NCBI RefSeq assembly: GCF_009914755.1
Contig: NC_060947.1
Direction: 5' to 3' (one strand)
From: the human T2T-CHM13v2.0 reference genome, Homo sapiens
Length of the DNA: 64,000 nt
In this document: one piece after another, positions 37,635 through 54,975 of the stretch
Layout of the letters: each line of letters opens with the position of its first letter
Numbering within the stretch: the first letter of the stretch is position 1
Position numbers and translations under genes: made by a program
Notes under the pieces: model-generated
What the model saw: the letters and a program-made list of their open reading frames with translations, nothing else
Told to the model about the DNA's origin: nothing
Database searches by the model: none

Positions 37635-39146
37635 AATGTAATGTTTTGACATACATGGACATTGTGAAATGATTACCACTCTTAAGCTAATTAACATATC
37701 CATCACCTCACATAGTTACCATTTTTTGTGTGTGGTGAGAACATTTAAGATCTACTGTCTAAGCAAATTTCAGGTGTACATTACAGTGTTATGAACTATA
37801 GTCCCCAGGCTACATTAGATCTCCAGAACTTATTCATCCTGCAGAACTAAAAATTATACCCTTTGACCAACATCCCTTTTCCCTGACTCTCCAGCCCTTG
37901 GCAACCACCATTTTACTCTCTGCTTTCACAAGTTTGACATTTTTAGATTCTACATATAAATGAGATCATGCAGTAATTTGACATTCCAGGCCTGGTTTAT
38001 TTCACTTAGCATAATGTCTTCTAAGTTCATTCATGTTTTTGTTAATGGCAGAATTTTCTTCTTGTTGAAAAGCTGAATAATTTTTCATTGTCTAGGTGTG
38101 TGTATACTCTCTTAGCAATTTTTAAGAATGCAATACATTGTCAATTATATTCCCCATGTTGTACAAAAGATCTCTTGAACTTATTCCTCCTGTGTAAGCT
38201 AGAATTTTGTAGCTTTTGACCATCATCTTCCCAAGCACCTAACTCCCACCCTGGTAACCATCATTTTACTCTCTGCTTCTATGAGTTTAACTTTTTTGCA
38301 GTCCACATATAAGTGAGATCATACAGTAATTTGTTTCTGTGCCTGGCTTATTTAACTTAGCATAATGTGCTCTGGTTTCATTCACGTTGATGCAAATTAG
38401 AGAATCGCCTTCTTTTTAAAAGCTGTATAGTATTCCATTGTGTATGCCACATTTTCTCTATTCATTGATCCATTGATCAACACCTAGGTTGATTCCATAT
38501 CATGGCTATTGTGAATAATGTTGCAATAAACGTGAGAGCGCAGATATCTCTTTGACATACTAATTTTTTTTCCTCTTGATATATGCCTAGAAATGGGATT
38601 GCTGGATCATATGGTAATTGTCTTTTTTGATTTTTAAGAAACCTCTATAGTGTTTTCCAATTGGCTGTACTAATCTATATTGCAACCCACAGTGGACCAG
38701 GGTTTCATTTTCTTCACATCCTCACAGACATTTATGTTTCATGTTTTTGATAATAGCCATTCACACAGGTATGAAGTGATATCTCATTGTGATTTTAATT
38801 TGTATTTCCCTGATGACTAGTGATGTTGAGCTTTTTTTTTTTTTTTGTACATTTGTTGGCCATTCCTATGTCTTCTTTTGGGAAATATCTGTTCAGGTCT
38901 TTTGCCCACTTGTTAATGGGTTATTTGTTTCTTGCTATCGAGTTTTTTGAGTTCCTTATAATTTTGGATATTACCCCTTATCAGATGTATGGTTTGCAAA
39001 TATATTCTCCCATACCATAGGTTGCCTCTTTACTCTGTTAATGGTTTCATTGGCTGTGTAGAAGTTTTTTAGTTTGAGGCAATCCCATTTATCTATTTTT
39101 GCTTTTGTTGCCCGTGCTTTCCGGGTCATATCCAAAAAATTATTGT
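37635..39146 (-). mobile_element. Older L1MA 3' fragments (two pieces; the first starts near 35915)
   Basis: ctaattaacatatccatcacctcacatagttacc...; ORF2 remnant KAKIDKWDCLKLKNFYTANETINRV. Confidence 0.8.
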
Positions 39147-39238
39147 CCATCAGACTAGCAGCAGATCTGTTAGGAGAAACCCTACAAATCAGAAGAGACT
39201 GGGGTCCTATATTCAGCATTTTCAAAGAAAAGAAATTC
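39147..39238 (+). mobile_element. Short inverted L1 ORF1 fragment
   Basis: Translates IRLAADLLGETLQIRRDWGPIFSIFKEKKF (L1 ORF1p RRM-CTD region). Confidence 0.85.
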
Positions 39239-39323
39239 CAAGATGTTCTCAGCAGTCAGATTTGATTAGCTTGCTGCCACCTATGAGGGAGTGAGGTCTG
39301 CATAAGACTGTGCAACGGGATAA

Positions 39324-39859
39324 TGTGGTAGTTAGAAAATATACCTACAAATTCTTTAATCTTCCTCCCATCAAGAGGTAAAGTCTAACTGCCTTCCCCT
39401 AGAATTTAGGTTGGTGTTAATGACTTGCTTCTAAGGAATAGGTTGCAGTATTACTTTTCAGTCTAAGTCACAAAATTGTATACAGTTCCTGTTTGATTCT
39501 TTCTCCTTTAGGGCATACACCTTTGGATCTCTGAGCCATCATGTAAGAAGTTCAGCTACCCTGAAGCCACCATGTTGGATTTGCCACTTAGAGACAGAGA
39601 TATTTGAGGAACCCCAACTGTTCTGGGCTCCAACTGTTTGAGTCTTTCCAGTCCAGGTACAGATCTGTTAGTCAGGAGGCTTTGGGAATGGCCTCACCTC
39701 CAGCTGCTGACTGCAACTATGTTGAAGACCCTAACTGAGGAACCACCAAACTAAGCTAAGCTAACCACCAGACAGGGAGAGATCAAAACAAATGATTGTT
39801 ACTGTTCTGCACCATTAAATTTGAGATAGTTTGTTATGCAGCAATAGATAACTGCAACA
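39324..39859 (+). mobile_element. MaLR solo LTR, MLT1G/H-like
   Basis: tcctcccatcaagagg...gagccatcatgtaagaagttcagctaccctgaagcc...ttgttatgcagcaatagataac. Confidence 0.75.
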
Positions 39860-40011
39860 GATGAGTGTATTTTTGTGGTGACTGGGGCAGTGGAAAAGGA
39901 AGGAAAATGAATGGACTATGTTCGGGTAGTGGAGGTGTGATGGGATGTAGTGCGCTGAGAGATTTTGCAGCTGGAGAGCTCTGAATGGCTAGCAAAATAA
40001 GCCATGTTTGG

Positions 40012-40285
40012 TATTCATTCATCATTCATTCTTCATTCATTCATGTTTATTGAGGCCCTACTTTGTAAGGCACTGGGAATATAGAAATAGACAAGACACT
40101 GCACCTCCTCTTAAGAAGCTTACAAACTATTAAGGTAAACCAGGGTAGCAAACACAATATTACAAATGTACATGTATAGAAGTAACACAGGAGTGAATAA
40201 TCATTTTTATCTGGGAGTAGGAAAGGGACGTCGGGGAGTCAGGAAAGCTTCTTTGAAGGTCAGAGTTTGAAAGATGAATAGAAGT
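40012..40285 (-). mobile_element. L2 3' end
   Basis: (cattt/catt)n tail followed by tttattgagg...aggcactgggaata. Confidence 0.65.
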
Positions 40286-40440
40286 AGAGGTAGATTTACT
40301 ATGAAGCTAATGAATCTTAAGCTCCAGGGACCCTCATATGCATGGACACTTTCTAAGGTCCTAGTAATGTACTCATATGGCTTTACATTTTTGTAAAATT
40401 TGAAAAAGTAAGATATTTTGACTGTGATGGATTAAGACCT
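40285..40440 (+). mobile_element. hAT-Tip100 fragment, MER115/Zaphod-like
   Basis: gatttactatgaagctaatgaatcttaagctccaggg...ttttgtaaaatttgaaaaagtaagatatttt. Confidence 0.55.
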
Positions 40441-40534
40441 TATATTAGTCAGGGTTCTCCAGAGAAACAGAACCAATAGGATATATAAAGAAAGTGACAG
40501 ACAGAGAGGGAAAGGGAAAAGGAGAGAGAGAGAA

Positions 40535-40576
<42 letters not shown>

Positions 40577-40605
40577 AGGAATTGGTTCATGTGATTATTG
40601 AGGAC
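40441..40605 (-). mobile_element. MLT2 LTR 3' fragment containing a (TA)n microsatellite (about 40536-40570)
   Basis: tattagtcagggttctccagagaaacagaaccaatagga...aaggaattggttcatgtgatta. Confidence 0.85.
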
Positions 40606-40752
40606 CCCAAAGAGGTTGTTTGCTGTTGTTTTCCTGAGTGTCATAACTATTGATACTTATCATGTTGGAAATCGAAAGTTTGAAATTGTTTAAATATGTA
40701 AATACTTACAGATTCATTTGAAGACAACATTGATGAACATGTTGCATGTTAA

Positions 40753-41080
<328 letters not shown>

Positions 41081-41149
41081 AGTATTGTTTTTAAATTAGT
41101 TCTAACCTTGCAAGAGATTTGCCCTGAAGTGTCAGCTTATTCCAGAATA

Positions 41150-43330
41150 TAAGCAATCCTAACAAAGGACAAAACTTGGAAAGTGAATTTTAATTACTTT
41201 GGTTTAATTTATAGTACTTGAGTCTGAAAAGCTATGATATTTGTTAAAATCTTAGCAAAGTTTGCTCAGTTATGATGGGCTTATGGCTTTAGTTTACTGT
41301 TTGCCTATAGTGTGAACTGTTCCTTTCCTCTGTAATTTGCCTAAATGACAGTTTTCTATGTTGGATGTTGACATTTTGTGCTTTTGAGCACTTAAGAAAA
41401 TGAACAAAATCTTCCTCACGTATTAAAGAGCCAAAATTTTTTACAGCCTTGCTAAAATCTATATATTTAGAAAATGTTTTGTTCTCACTTTGGTTAAATG
41501 GGTAATGAGGTATGGTTTCTCAGTTACCCATTATCCCATCCGAATCGTGTCCAAATCTTCTCTAAAAAAACTTTTTTGATTTTTGCCTTCTCTAAACCAA
41601 ATCTAATAAAATAAAATAAAACTTTCAGAATATCTTTCTACACATAAAATGATCTTTGAGATTTCCTAGAGAGCTCTAGGAAAATTACAAAGATTTGCTC
41701 TTTCACCCTACAAAAAAGATATGTTCAAAATAATTAGGTTTATTTGATAAGTTACAACTGATGAGTTGGATTGGAAGAGCTGTCAAATCAGAAAAGATGC
41801 TTAGCTTTGCCTAGATTAAATTTTCATAGGTAAAATGTGTTCAATAAAAATATTTCAGAAATTGGTTGCTGCTTGGGAAGTTCCTAGAAATTTGTCAATG
41901 CCCTTGCTCTTTAGAATATGATTCTATTTACCAGAGCCCTGATGTTGCTTTGTGTGATGATATTAGGCAACAATAACAACAAAAACAGCATAGTATTGTC
42001 AGATACAATTTAGCTTGTAATTTAAAAATGCTTACTTTGCCACAGCCCTTTTGAATCTAGTCCAGTGATTTTCAATTGATTTACTTATGGAATTTAATAA
42101 AAATACAGATGTCTAGGACCTACTCCATGAAGTCTCTTTACTTGTTATTCTCGGTATATTCTTAATATATGCTTGGTATATTAATGATATATTGTGTTTT
42201 ATTATATTACATTATATTATCATTGTATTATATTAATATTGTATTATATTATTCTATGGATAGAAAGGTGTGGTGCCTTTCCTTACCCAGCATTAGGGTC
42301 ATGGCCGACACCCCTATAACAAGGGAAAGGTTAGCAAGAGAAAAGCATAACAAATTTATTTGATCAAAGTTTTATGTGACACGGGAGCCTTCAGAAATGA
42401 AGACCCAAAGGCCCAGGTCAAATGATTATTTTTGTGCTTAGGTTTGATGAAGAATGGGCAGGTATATGGAAATGGGATTGGACAAAAGGGTGTGATCTGT
42501 TGGTAATAAACTGAGGGAGAAACCCAACAAGTGCTGTCTGTTCAGATTCTCCTTGGCATCTCTGTGTAGCATTCCTTCCTCCTAGGTATGGGGCAGGATC
42601 TTTCTGGAATGAGGGTCTTCAAGGGAGAAGGGAGAAGACTAGAGAGTGATCTTTCCAAGTTTTATAGCTTGCTTTGCGGAAGTGGAGTCTTAGTTTCTAT
42701 GACTCGCCATGAGGAAGAGGAATTCTGGTTTCTATGACTTGCTTTGGGAGAGAAAGAAGGATGAGACAGGAGGGCAGGAGGAGGTCAGAGAGAGACATTA
42801 CTTCTGAGGACTTCTAATCTGTCAGTTCGAACTACTCAGCATACTAAGGTGCCGTATTTTGGGGTATTGTGTTCTAAGCCCCAGTGTTATATTATGGCTG
42901 AAGATTTTTTTCTCTGCAAAAATATGTTTATCTATTTTTATAAATCAGATGTGATGTTTCTTCTTTTCTTTGAAAGTAGTTTTAATTATTATGCTTACAG
43001 ACACTTTATCTAAAACTTTTTGGATTGGCTTTATTATCTTGTTTTTCATGCCACAGAAATAAACAAATTTATTTGTCGTTTGTGTCATTCTTGTTATGAA
43101 TTCTTGTCAGATCTTTCACTTTTAAAAGTTATTAGCAGCCAATTAAACACAGCTATTTTAAGTCTCTGTCACCTACAGATAGTTTTATTGTTGTTGTTAT
43201 TTTATTCTGATACTCCACTGAAGGCTTTCCAATTAGCACAGGGCCAAAGCTCTTGTCCTCAACAAAGAAGGAATGTCTCACAGCCCCATGGACAAGGGCT
43301 GTCCCAGGTATTTCAAAGGATAGGATTGGG
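41150..43330 (+). mobile_element. ERV1 (MER4-group) internal sequence, diverged
   Basis: AT-rich MER4-group-like tracts (aataattaggtttatttgat...gagctgtcaaa) directly upstream of a MER31-like LTR. Confidence 0.45.
42265..42888 (-). mobile_element. ERV1 solo LTR, MER67-like
   Basis: Antisense start reads agaacacaataccccaaaatacggcaccttagtatgctgagta. Confidence 0.7.
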
Positions 43331-43331
43331 T

Positions 43332-43749
43332 TGACACAGAATTTCTCTTTGACTAAATTTTAGTCAGGCTCTTCTGAATTCTCTTCCCAACCAGGTCTTG
43401 ACCTTTGGACTTCCTTTTTCATCTTTGTGTAGCACAATTTTAGCAGGGATCCATTAAGTCAGTTTAGTGAGAATCTTCTACCTTCAATATCAGATCTCCC
43501 TTGATTTCTGATCAAATTCTTCACTCCTCACTATCTTCCAGGTGATATTTGATCACCATGGCCTGGCTTCAGCAAGAATTCTGTCAAGTGGTTTAGCCAG
43601 AATACCCCTTACCTCTGATGTTTCTTCTCAGTAATTTTTCATTCATTGACTCACTACACTGCTCCATGGCTGTAAATTCCCACTTGCTCATGCTGTATTT
43701 GGAATAGAGCCCACTTCTACACTGATGTCTCTTTTCCTCTATTGCAATA
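43332..43749 (+). mobile_element. ERV1 LTR, MER31-like, lacking its 3' terminus
   Basis: tgacacag...ttgactaaattttagtcaggctc...ttcagcaagaattctgtcaag...ccttacctctgatgttt. Confidence 0.75.
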
Positions 43750-45880
43750 TTTGTCTGCTGTTAGTCTGATGGCTTTCCCTTTGTAGGTGACCTGGCTTTT
43801 CTCTGGATGCCCTTAACATTTTTTTCTTTCATTTCAACCTTGGAGAATCTGATGATTATGTGTTTTGGGGTTGATCTTCTAATGGAGTATCTTACTGGGG
43901 TTCCCTGCATTTCCTGAATTTGAATGTTGGCCTGTCTTGCTAGGTTGGGGAAGTTCTCCTGGATAATATCCTGAAGTGTGTTTTCCAACTTGGTTCCATT
44001 CTCCCTGTCTCTTTCAGGTACCCCAATCAGTCGTGGGTTTGGTCTTTTTACATAGTCCCATATTTCTTGGGGGTTTTGTTCATTCCTTTTTATTCTTTTT
44101 TCCTCTATTCTTGTCTGCCTGTCTTATTTCAGGAAGACAGTCTTCAAGCTCTGAGATTCTTTGCTCGGCTTGATTTATTCTGCTATTGATACTTGTGATT
44201 GCATTGTGAATTTCTTGTGTTGTGTTTTTCAGCTCCATCAGGTCAGTTATGCTCCTCTCTAACCTGGCTATTCTGGTTATCAGCTCCTGTATTGTTTTAT
44301 CATGATTCTTAGCTTCTTTGAATTGGGTTACAACAGGCTCCTTTAGCTCAGTGAAGTTCATTATTACCCACCTTCTGAAGCCTACTTCTCTCAATTCAGC
44401 CATGTCAGTCTCAGCCCAATTCTGTGCCCTTGCTGGAGAGGTATTGTGGTCATTTGGAGGAGAAGAGGCACTCTAGTTTTTTGAGTTTTCAGCATTTTTG
44501 TGTTGATTCTTTCTAATCTTTGTGGGCTTATCTACCTTTGATCTTTGAGGTTGCTGACCTTTGAATGGGATTTTTGTGGGGCCTTTTTTGTTGATGCTGT
44601 TGTTGTTTTCTGTTTTGTTTTTTTGTTTGTTTGTTTTTAACAGTCAGGCCACTCTACCTAGGGCTGCTGCGGTTTGCTGGGGTCCCACTCCAGACCTCAG
44701 TTGCCTCAGTTTTTCCTGTACCCGGAGGTAGCACCAGTGAAGGGCATGAAACAGCAAAGTTGGCAGCCAGCTCCTTCCTCTGGAAGCTCCATCCCAGGGG
44801 AGTGCTGACCTGTTGCTGGCCCGCATGCACCTTTTGGGATATCTCACCTAGTCAAGAGGAATGGGATCAGGGACCCACCCAAATTAGCAGTCTGGCTGCT
44901 TTTTGGTAGGCCAGGTGTGCTGCATTGGGGCTGGGGAGACTCTTCCTTCTCTGAACTGCCTGTGTTTTCCACAGCCGGTAGGCTGGAGCGGCTGAGTCAA
45001 CTGAACTACAGAGATGGCAGCCACACCTCCCATCCAGAGCTCCTTCCCAGGGAGAGATCAGAGCTCTATCTCTAGAACCCTCGCTGGAGTGGCTGAAGCC
45101 CCTGCAGGGAGGTCCCACCCAGTGAGAAGGAATGGATCGGGGTCTCGCTTAAAGAAGCAGTCTGGCCATGATTTGTCAAGGCAGCTGTGCTGTATTGTGG
45201 GGGATTCTTCCTCTTCTGGACTGTCTGTATTCTCCACAGTTGGCAGGCTGGAGTGGCTGAGTTGACCAAACCAAAGAGATGGCAGCCACTTCTCCCACTG
45301 GAAACTCGGACCCATTTCAGGTGGATTCCAACCTGCTGCTTTGGCTGGCTGGGATTCCAAGCCAGCGGGTCTTAACTTGTGAGGTGCCATGGAAGTGGGG
45401 CCCACAGAATAACACTGCTTGGCTCCCTGGATTCAAACCCCTTCCTAGGGATATGTACAGATGGATTTCCTGCCTTGCCAGGGATCCTGGGGCCAGAGTA
45501 TGTGAAATCCCTGAGTATGTGTGCCTGAGTGGCTGCTCTGCCTGGACTCCACACAGCTGTGTATATCAGACCCAAGACCCTGGTGGCATGGGCTCATGAG
45601 GAGATCTCCTGATCCATGGAAGAAGTGTGGTTTCCTGGGCGGGGTTGTACAATCACTTGCCACTTCCCTTGGCTGAGGGTGGGAGTTCCTTTGGCTTTGT
45701 GCCACTCCCAGGTGGGCTGTCACTCCCCACTGCTTCATTCTCAGTGGGTCAGGTTGTTTGCTTAGTCAGTCCCAATGTAAGAACAAGGATATTTCAGTTG
45801 AAGGTGCTGAATTCACTTGCCCCTTTTCATTCCTCTCTCTGAGTGCTGTGGACTGCAGCTGCTTCTAATCGGCCATCTTG
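43750..45880 (-). mobile_element. L1P (L1PA8-11-like) 5' UTR and partial ORF1, 3'-truncated
   Basis: ORF1p remnants MENTLQDIIQENFPNLARQANIQIQE and DLMELKNTTQEIHNAITSINSRINQAEQRISELED; start ccaagatggccgattagaagc (antisense at 45860-45880). Confidence 0.92.
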
Positions 45881-45886
45881 GATTGA

Positions 45887-49918
<4,032 letters not shown>

Positions 49919-49924
49919 AAAAAA

Positions 49925-50766
49925 ATTTTATTTTAGGTTCAGGGTTACATGTGCAGGTTTGTTATGTAGGTAAATTGCATGTCATGGGGGTTTGCTGTAC
50001 AGATTATTTCATCACCCAGGTAATAAGCATAGTACCTGATAGATAGTTTTTTCATTCTCTTCTTCTTCCCACCCTCCACCCTCAAGGACTCATGTGTCCG
50101 TGTGTACTTAATGTTTAGCTCCCTCTTATAAGTGAGAACATATGGTATTTGGTTTTCTGTTCTTGCATTGGTTTGCTTAGGATAATGGCCTCCAGTCACA
50201 TCCACGTTGTGTAAAGGACATGATCTCATTCTTTTTATGGCTGTGTAGTATTCTGTGGTATATATGTACCACATTTTCTTTATCCAACCTACTGTTGATG
50301 GGCATTTAAGTTGATTCCAGGTCTTTGCTATTGTGAATAGTGTTGTGATGAACATATAAATGCATATGTCTTCATGGTAGTAGAATGATTTATATTCCTT
50401 TGGGTATATGCCTAATAATGGGATTGCTGAGTCTAATGGTAATTATGTTTTGCATTCTTTGAAAAATTGCCACACTGCTTTTCACAGCGGTCGAACTAAT
50501 TTGCATTTCCACCAGCAGTGTATAAACATTCCCTTTTCTCCACAACCTTGTAAACATCTGTTATTACTTTTTTTTTTACTTTTTAATAGTAGCCATTCTG
50601 ACTGGTGTGAGATGGTATTTCATTGTGGTTTTGATTTGCACTTCTCCAATGATTGGTGATATTGATTTTTTTTTTCATATGCTTCTTGGCCTATATATGT
50701 TTTCTCTTGAAAATTGACTGTTGATGTTTCTCTTGAAAATTGACTATTGATGTCTTTTGCCCACTT
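49925..50766 (-). mobile_element. L1PA15/16-like 3' end
   Basis: ttttaggttcagggttacatgtgcaggtttg...cacccaggtaataagcatagtacc; ORF2 end MFITTLFTIAKTWNQLKCPS. Confidence 0.88.
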
Positions 50767-50773
50767 AAAAAAA

Positions 50774-51638
50774 TTTTTTACTTTAAGTTCTGGGATACAT
50801 GTGCAGAACATGCATGTTTGTTACATAGGTATACATGTGCCATGGTGGTTTGCTACACCTATTGACCCTTCCTCTAAGTTCCCTCCCCTCACCCCTCACC
50901 CCCAACAGGCCCTGGTGTGTGTTGTTCCCCTCCCTGTGTCCATGTGTTCTCATTGTTCAACTCCCACTTATAAGTGAGAACATGTGGTGTTTGGTTTTCT
51001 GTTCCTGTGTTAGTTTACTGAGGATAATGGCTTCCAGCTTCATCCATGTCTCTGCAAAGGACTTGATCTCATTCCCTTTTATGGCTGCATAGTATTCCAT
51101 TGTGTACCACATTTTCTTTATCCAGTCTATCATTGATGGGCATTTGGGTTGATTCCGTGACTTTGCTATTGTAAATAGTGCTGCAATAAGCATACATTGT
51201 GCATGTGCCTTTATAGTAGAATGACTTATATTCCTTTGGGTATACACCCAGTAATGGGATTGCTGGGTCAAATGGTATTTTTGGTTCCAGATCCTTGAGG
51301 AATTGCCATACTGTGTTCCACAATGGTTGAACTAATTTACATTCCCACCAACAGTGTAAAAGCATTTCTATTTCTCCACAGCCTTACCAGCATCTATTGT
51401 TTTTTGACTTTTTAATAATTGCCATTCTGACTGGCCTGAGATGGTATCTCATTGTGGTTTTGATTTGCATTTCTCTAATGATCAGTGATGTTGAGCTTTT
51501 TTTCATGTTTGTTGGCCATGTAAGTGTCTTATTTTGAGAAGTGTCTGTTCATATGCTTTGCCCACTTTTTGATGGGGTTGTTTGTTTGTTTGTTTTCTTG
51601 TAAATTTGTTTAAGTTCCTTGTAAATTCTGGATATTAG
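50774..51638 (-). mobile_element. L1PA8-like 3' end
   Basis: ttactttaagttctgggatacatgtgcagaac...; ORF2 end [19 protein letters not shown]. Confidence 0.9.
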
Positions 51639-51810
51639 GCCATAACTTCCCTGTTTCTCTTCTAACCCACTTTTCCCCTTTAAGTATTGAAGCCTCAAAA
51701 TCATCTTTGGAGAAAGGCACAGACCTCCTTCTCTGGCATGTTCTCAACCTTGGCAAAATAAACTTCTAAATTCATTGAGGCCTGTCTCAGATACTTTTTA
51801 GTTTATATTT
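51639..51810 (+). mobile_element. MER4-family LTR 3' fragment
   Basis: aaaatcatctttggagaaaggcacagacc...aaccttggcaaaataaacttctaaatt...tgtctcagatac. Confidence 0.7.
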
Positions 51811-51856
51811 ATTTCTTGGCAATAAATCTATTAATTGCTATTTGTTTTTTAAAAAC

Positions 51857-52957
51857 TCATGAAGTGAAAACTAGAATAGTGGTTACCAGAGGCTGGGAAT
51901 GGTATGTAGGAGCAGAGAATAGGGAGAGGTTGGTTAATGGGTACAAAACTATAGTTAGATAGGAAAAATAAGTTCTGTTGTTCTGTTTCACAGTAAGGAG
52001 ACTATAGTTAACAATAATGTATTATTTGTGAAACCAAAAGTATCTAAGACAAGTCTCAATCAATTTAGAAAATTTGCTTTGCCAAGGTTAAGGATGTACC
52101 CATGACGCAGCCTCAGGAGGTTTTGATGATATGTGCCCAAGGTGGTTGGGGCACAGCTTGGTTTTATACATTTTAGGGATACATGAGACATCAATCAATA
52201 TGTGTAAAATGTACATTGGTTCAGTCCAGAAAGGCAGGACAACTCAAAGTGGGGTCTTCCAGGTTCATCAGTAGATAAGAGACCAAAGGTTGAATTATTT
52301 TGGGTCTCTGATGAGCCTTTCGCTGGATACACAATTTACATGTGAGGCAGGGTAGGGGGTAGAGGAATCATTACTTATGCCTTAGTCTGACTCAGTGAAT
52401 CTGTATTTTTACATTAACAATAGGGCAGAGGAAGTAATCAGGTAGCATTTTCTCAGGTGAGCACAGAAGGACGATTTTGAGTTTTGTCTGTCCTTTGTCC
52501 CACACCTGTGAATAAGCTATCAATTTACATTGCCAGGTTGAAATTCAACAGAACTGTTTTAGGGTAAAGGTCTTGAAACCCACAAGGAATTTCCTTGTGT
52601 GCAAATTGTGAGGGAGGTATGTAGCTTCAAAAGAAAAATCTTTGTAGCTATCTTATTTAGGAATAAAATGGAGGCAGGTTTGCCTGATGCCGTTCCCAGC
52701 TTGACTTTTCCCTTTGACTTAGTGATTTTGGAGTTCTGAGATTTATTTTCCTTTCACAGTATATTTCAAAATAGCTAGAAGAGAGGATTTTGAATGTTCT
52801 AACTACAAAGAAATAATAAATGTTTGAGGTGATGGTTATACTAATTATCCTGATTGATCGTTACACAATGTATTCATGTATTAAAATATTACAGTGTAGC
52901 CCATAGATATGTATAATTATTATGTGTCAATTAAAAACAAAATAAAACTTTAAAAAC
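51857..52957 (+). mobile_element. L1MA 3' end, split by a MER4A-like LTR
   Basis: gtggttaccagaggctggga...gttagataggaaaaataagttct | gtatatttcaaaatagctagaagagaggattttgaatgtt. Confidence 0.85.
52027..52758 (-). mobile_element. ERV1 solo LTR, MER4A-like
   Basis: aaaccaaaagtatctaagacaagtctcaatcaatttagaaa...ctgagatttattttcctttcaca. Confidence 0.88.
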
Positions 52958-53289
52958 TGTATGAAGAGGGAAGGAGAGAGAGAGACAAAGACACAGAAAG
53001 AAAGAGACAGATAATTCTAAAAATAAAGTTGTTAGAATTCATGTACTGAAAAATCTAAGTTGTGTTTTGGTCACAGCCTCAGCTTCCTAAATTTTTACCA
53101 TTTTTGTTTATTTTCAGATATTTATAGTAGGTCTTAAGTCTTCATCTGGGGTCAATGAAGTATAAAAGCCTTGGACTAATTGTGCATGCAAATATTAGAG
53201 AAAGAAAACTTTGGTCCATTAATAATTGTGAATCTCTTTTTTGGGCCTTAAATTCTTTTTGGAACAAGTTAGATTTTTTAAAAATCATA

Positions 53290-54597
53290 ATTTCTTTGAG
53301 TTATACTTTACATATCTTAAATGTTACCCTTTTAAAGTGTCCAATTTCTCTGCAGCATATTTAGAGTTGTGCAACCATCACCAGTATCTAATTCCAGAAC
53401 ATTTTCAACACCCCAAAAAGAAACCTATATCTATTGTCATTTCCTATTGCCTCTTCCCCCCAGCCCCTGGAAACCTCTAATTTACTTTCTGTCTGTATGA
53501 ATTTGTCTATTCTGATATATATATATATTTCATATAACTGGAATCATACAATATGTGTTTTTTTATGACTGACATATTTCATTTAGCATAATGTTTTCAA
53601 GGTTCATTCATTTTGTACCATGTATCGGTACCTCATTTCTTTTTATGGTTGAATAAAAGGAATATCAAAATATACATGTTTGCAGGAATAGACCACATTT
53701 TGTTTATCCAGTCATCAGTTGATAGACATTTGAATTCTTTCTACTTGTTGGCTATTATGAATAATGATGCTATGAACATTTGTATACAAGTTTTGGTGGG
53801 AATGTATGTTTTCATTTCTCTTGGGTATATAGCCAAGTGGAATTGCTGGGTCATATGGTAACTCTATGTCTAATAATTTGAGGAAGTACCACACTGTTTT
53901 CCAAAGTGGTTGCACTGCTTCACAATCTTACTAACAATAAATGAGGATCCAATTTCTGTGTATCTTGTCTGACACTTGCTATAGTCGGTCTTTTTTATTT
54001 TAGCCATCCTAGTTGTTGTGAAGTGGTATGTCATTGGAGTTTTGATTTCCCTAATGTGAGCATCTTTTCATGTGATCTTTAGTGATTTGTGTATCTTCTT
54101 TGGTGAAATGTCTATTCACCTGAAATCCTTTGCCTATTTTATTAATTGAGTTATTTGTTCCTGAACTGTTTCATTGTAAGAGTTCTTTATATATTCTGAA
54201 TACCAGTCTCTTAACAGACATATGATTTATAAATATTCTCCAATTCTGTGGATTTTCTTTTCATCTTTTTGATGGTGTTCTTTGGAGTGCAAAAGTTTTT
54301 AATTTTGACGAAGTCCAATTTATCTATTTTTCTTTTTTCACATATGCTTTTGTTGTCATATCTAAGAAAACATTACCTAACCCAAGGTAATGAAGATTTA
54401 CCCCTGTTTTCTTATAAAAGTTTTAGAGTTTTAACTATTACATTTAGATCTATGATTTGAGTTAATTTTTGTATATGGTGTGAGGTAGGGATTCAACTTC
54501 ATTCTTTTGCATGTGGATATTCATTTGTCCCAGTGCCATTTGTAGAAAAGATATTTTTTGCCCAATTGAATTGTCTTGGCACCCTTGTTGACAAATT
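53290..54597 (-). mobile_element. L1MB-type 3' region
   Basis: agagttgtgcaaccatcacc...tctaattccagaacattttc; ORF2 end QPLWKTVWYFLKLLDIELPYDPAIPLG. Confidence 0.85.
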
Positions 54598-54819
54598 AGG
54601 TTTTAAATAAACACACAAAATATGAGAAGGTATAGTATTAAAATATAATAGAAAAACATTTGTAGAAATTACTGCTCAGATCAATGGCCAGATATCATTT
54701 TAAAGGGTCCATTCATATGTTTTTGATTTTGTCTATACAGTTTTCCACATGTATGCACCACATTCTTGGAACTGCACAAGACAGCAAGATGTTTCTAGTT
54801 CTTTCCTAATATTTGAGCC

Positions 54820-54975
54820 TGAGCCTGTTCTGTTCTGGAAGGATCTCAATTCTCTTCTCTGTAAGATGGGATACAATGATACCTTATACTGTTTTGTAGA
54901 TATGGAATCAAGTGATTAGGTGGCATGCTTAGGAGACTGTTTGACATTTCTTAGATGCTCCATAAATATTAGTTC
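54820..54975 (+). mobile_element. MIR fragment
   Basis: tctgtaagatgggatacaatgatacctt...gctccataaatattag. Confidence 0.55.

Noticed and set aside
44885-45300. Two diverged ~150-bp repeats within the L1 5' UTR
   Set aside because: Repeated units are, as I recall, intrinsic to L1PA8-era 5' UTRs rather than locus-specific
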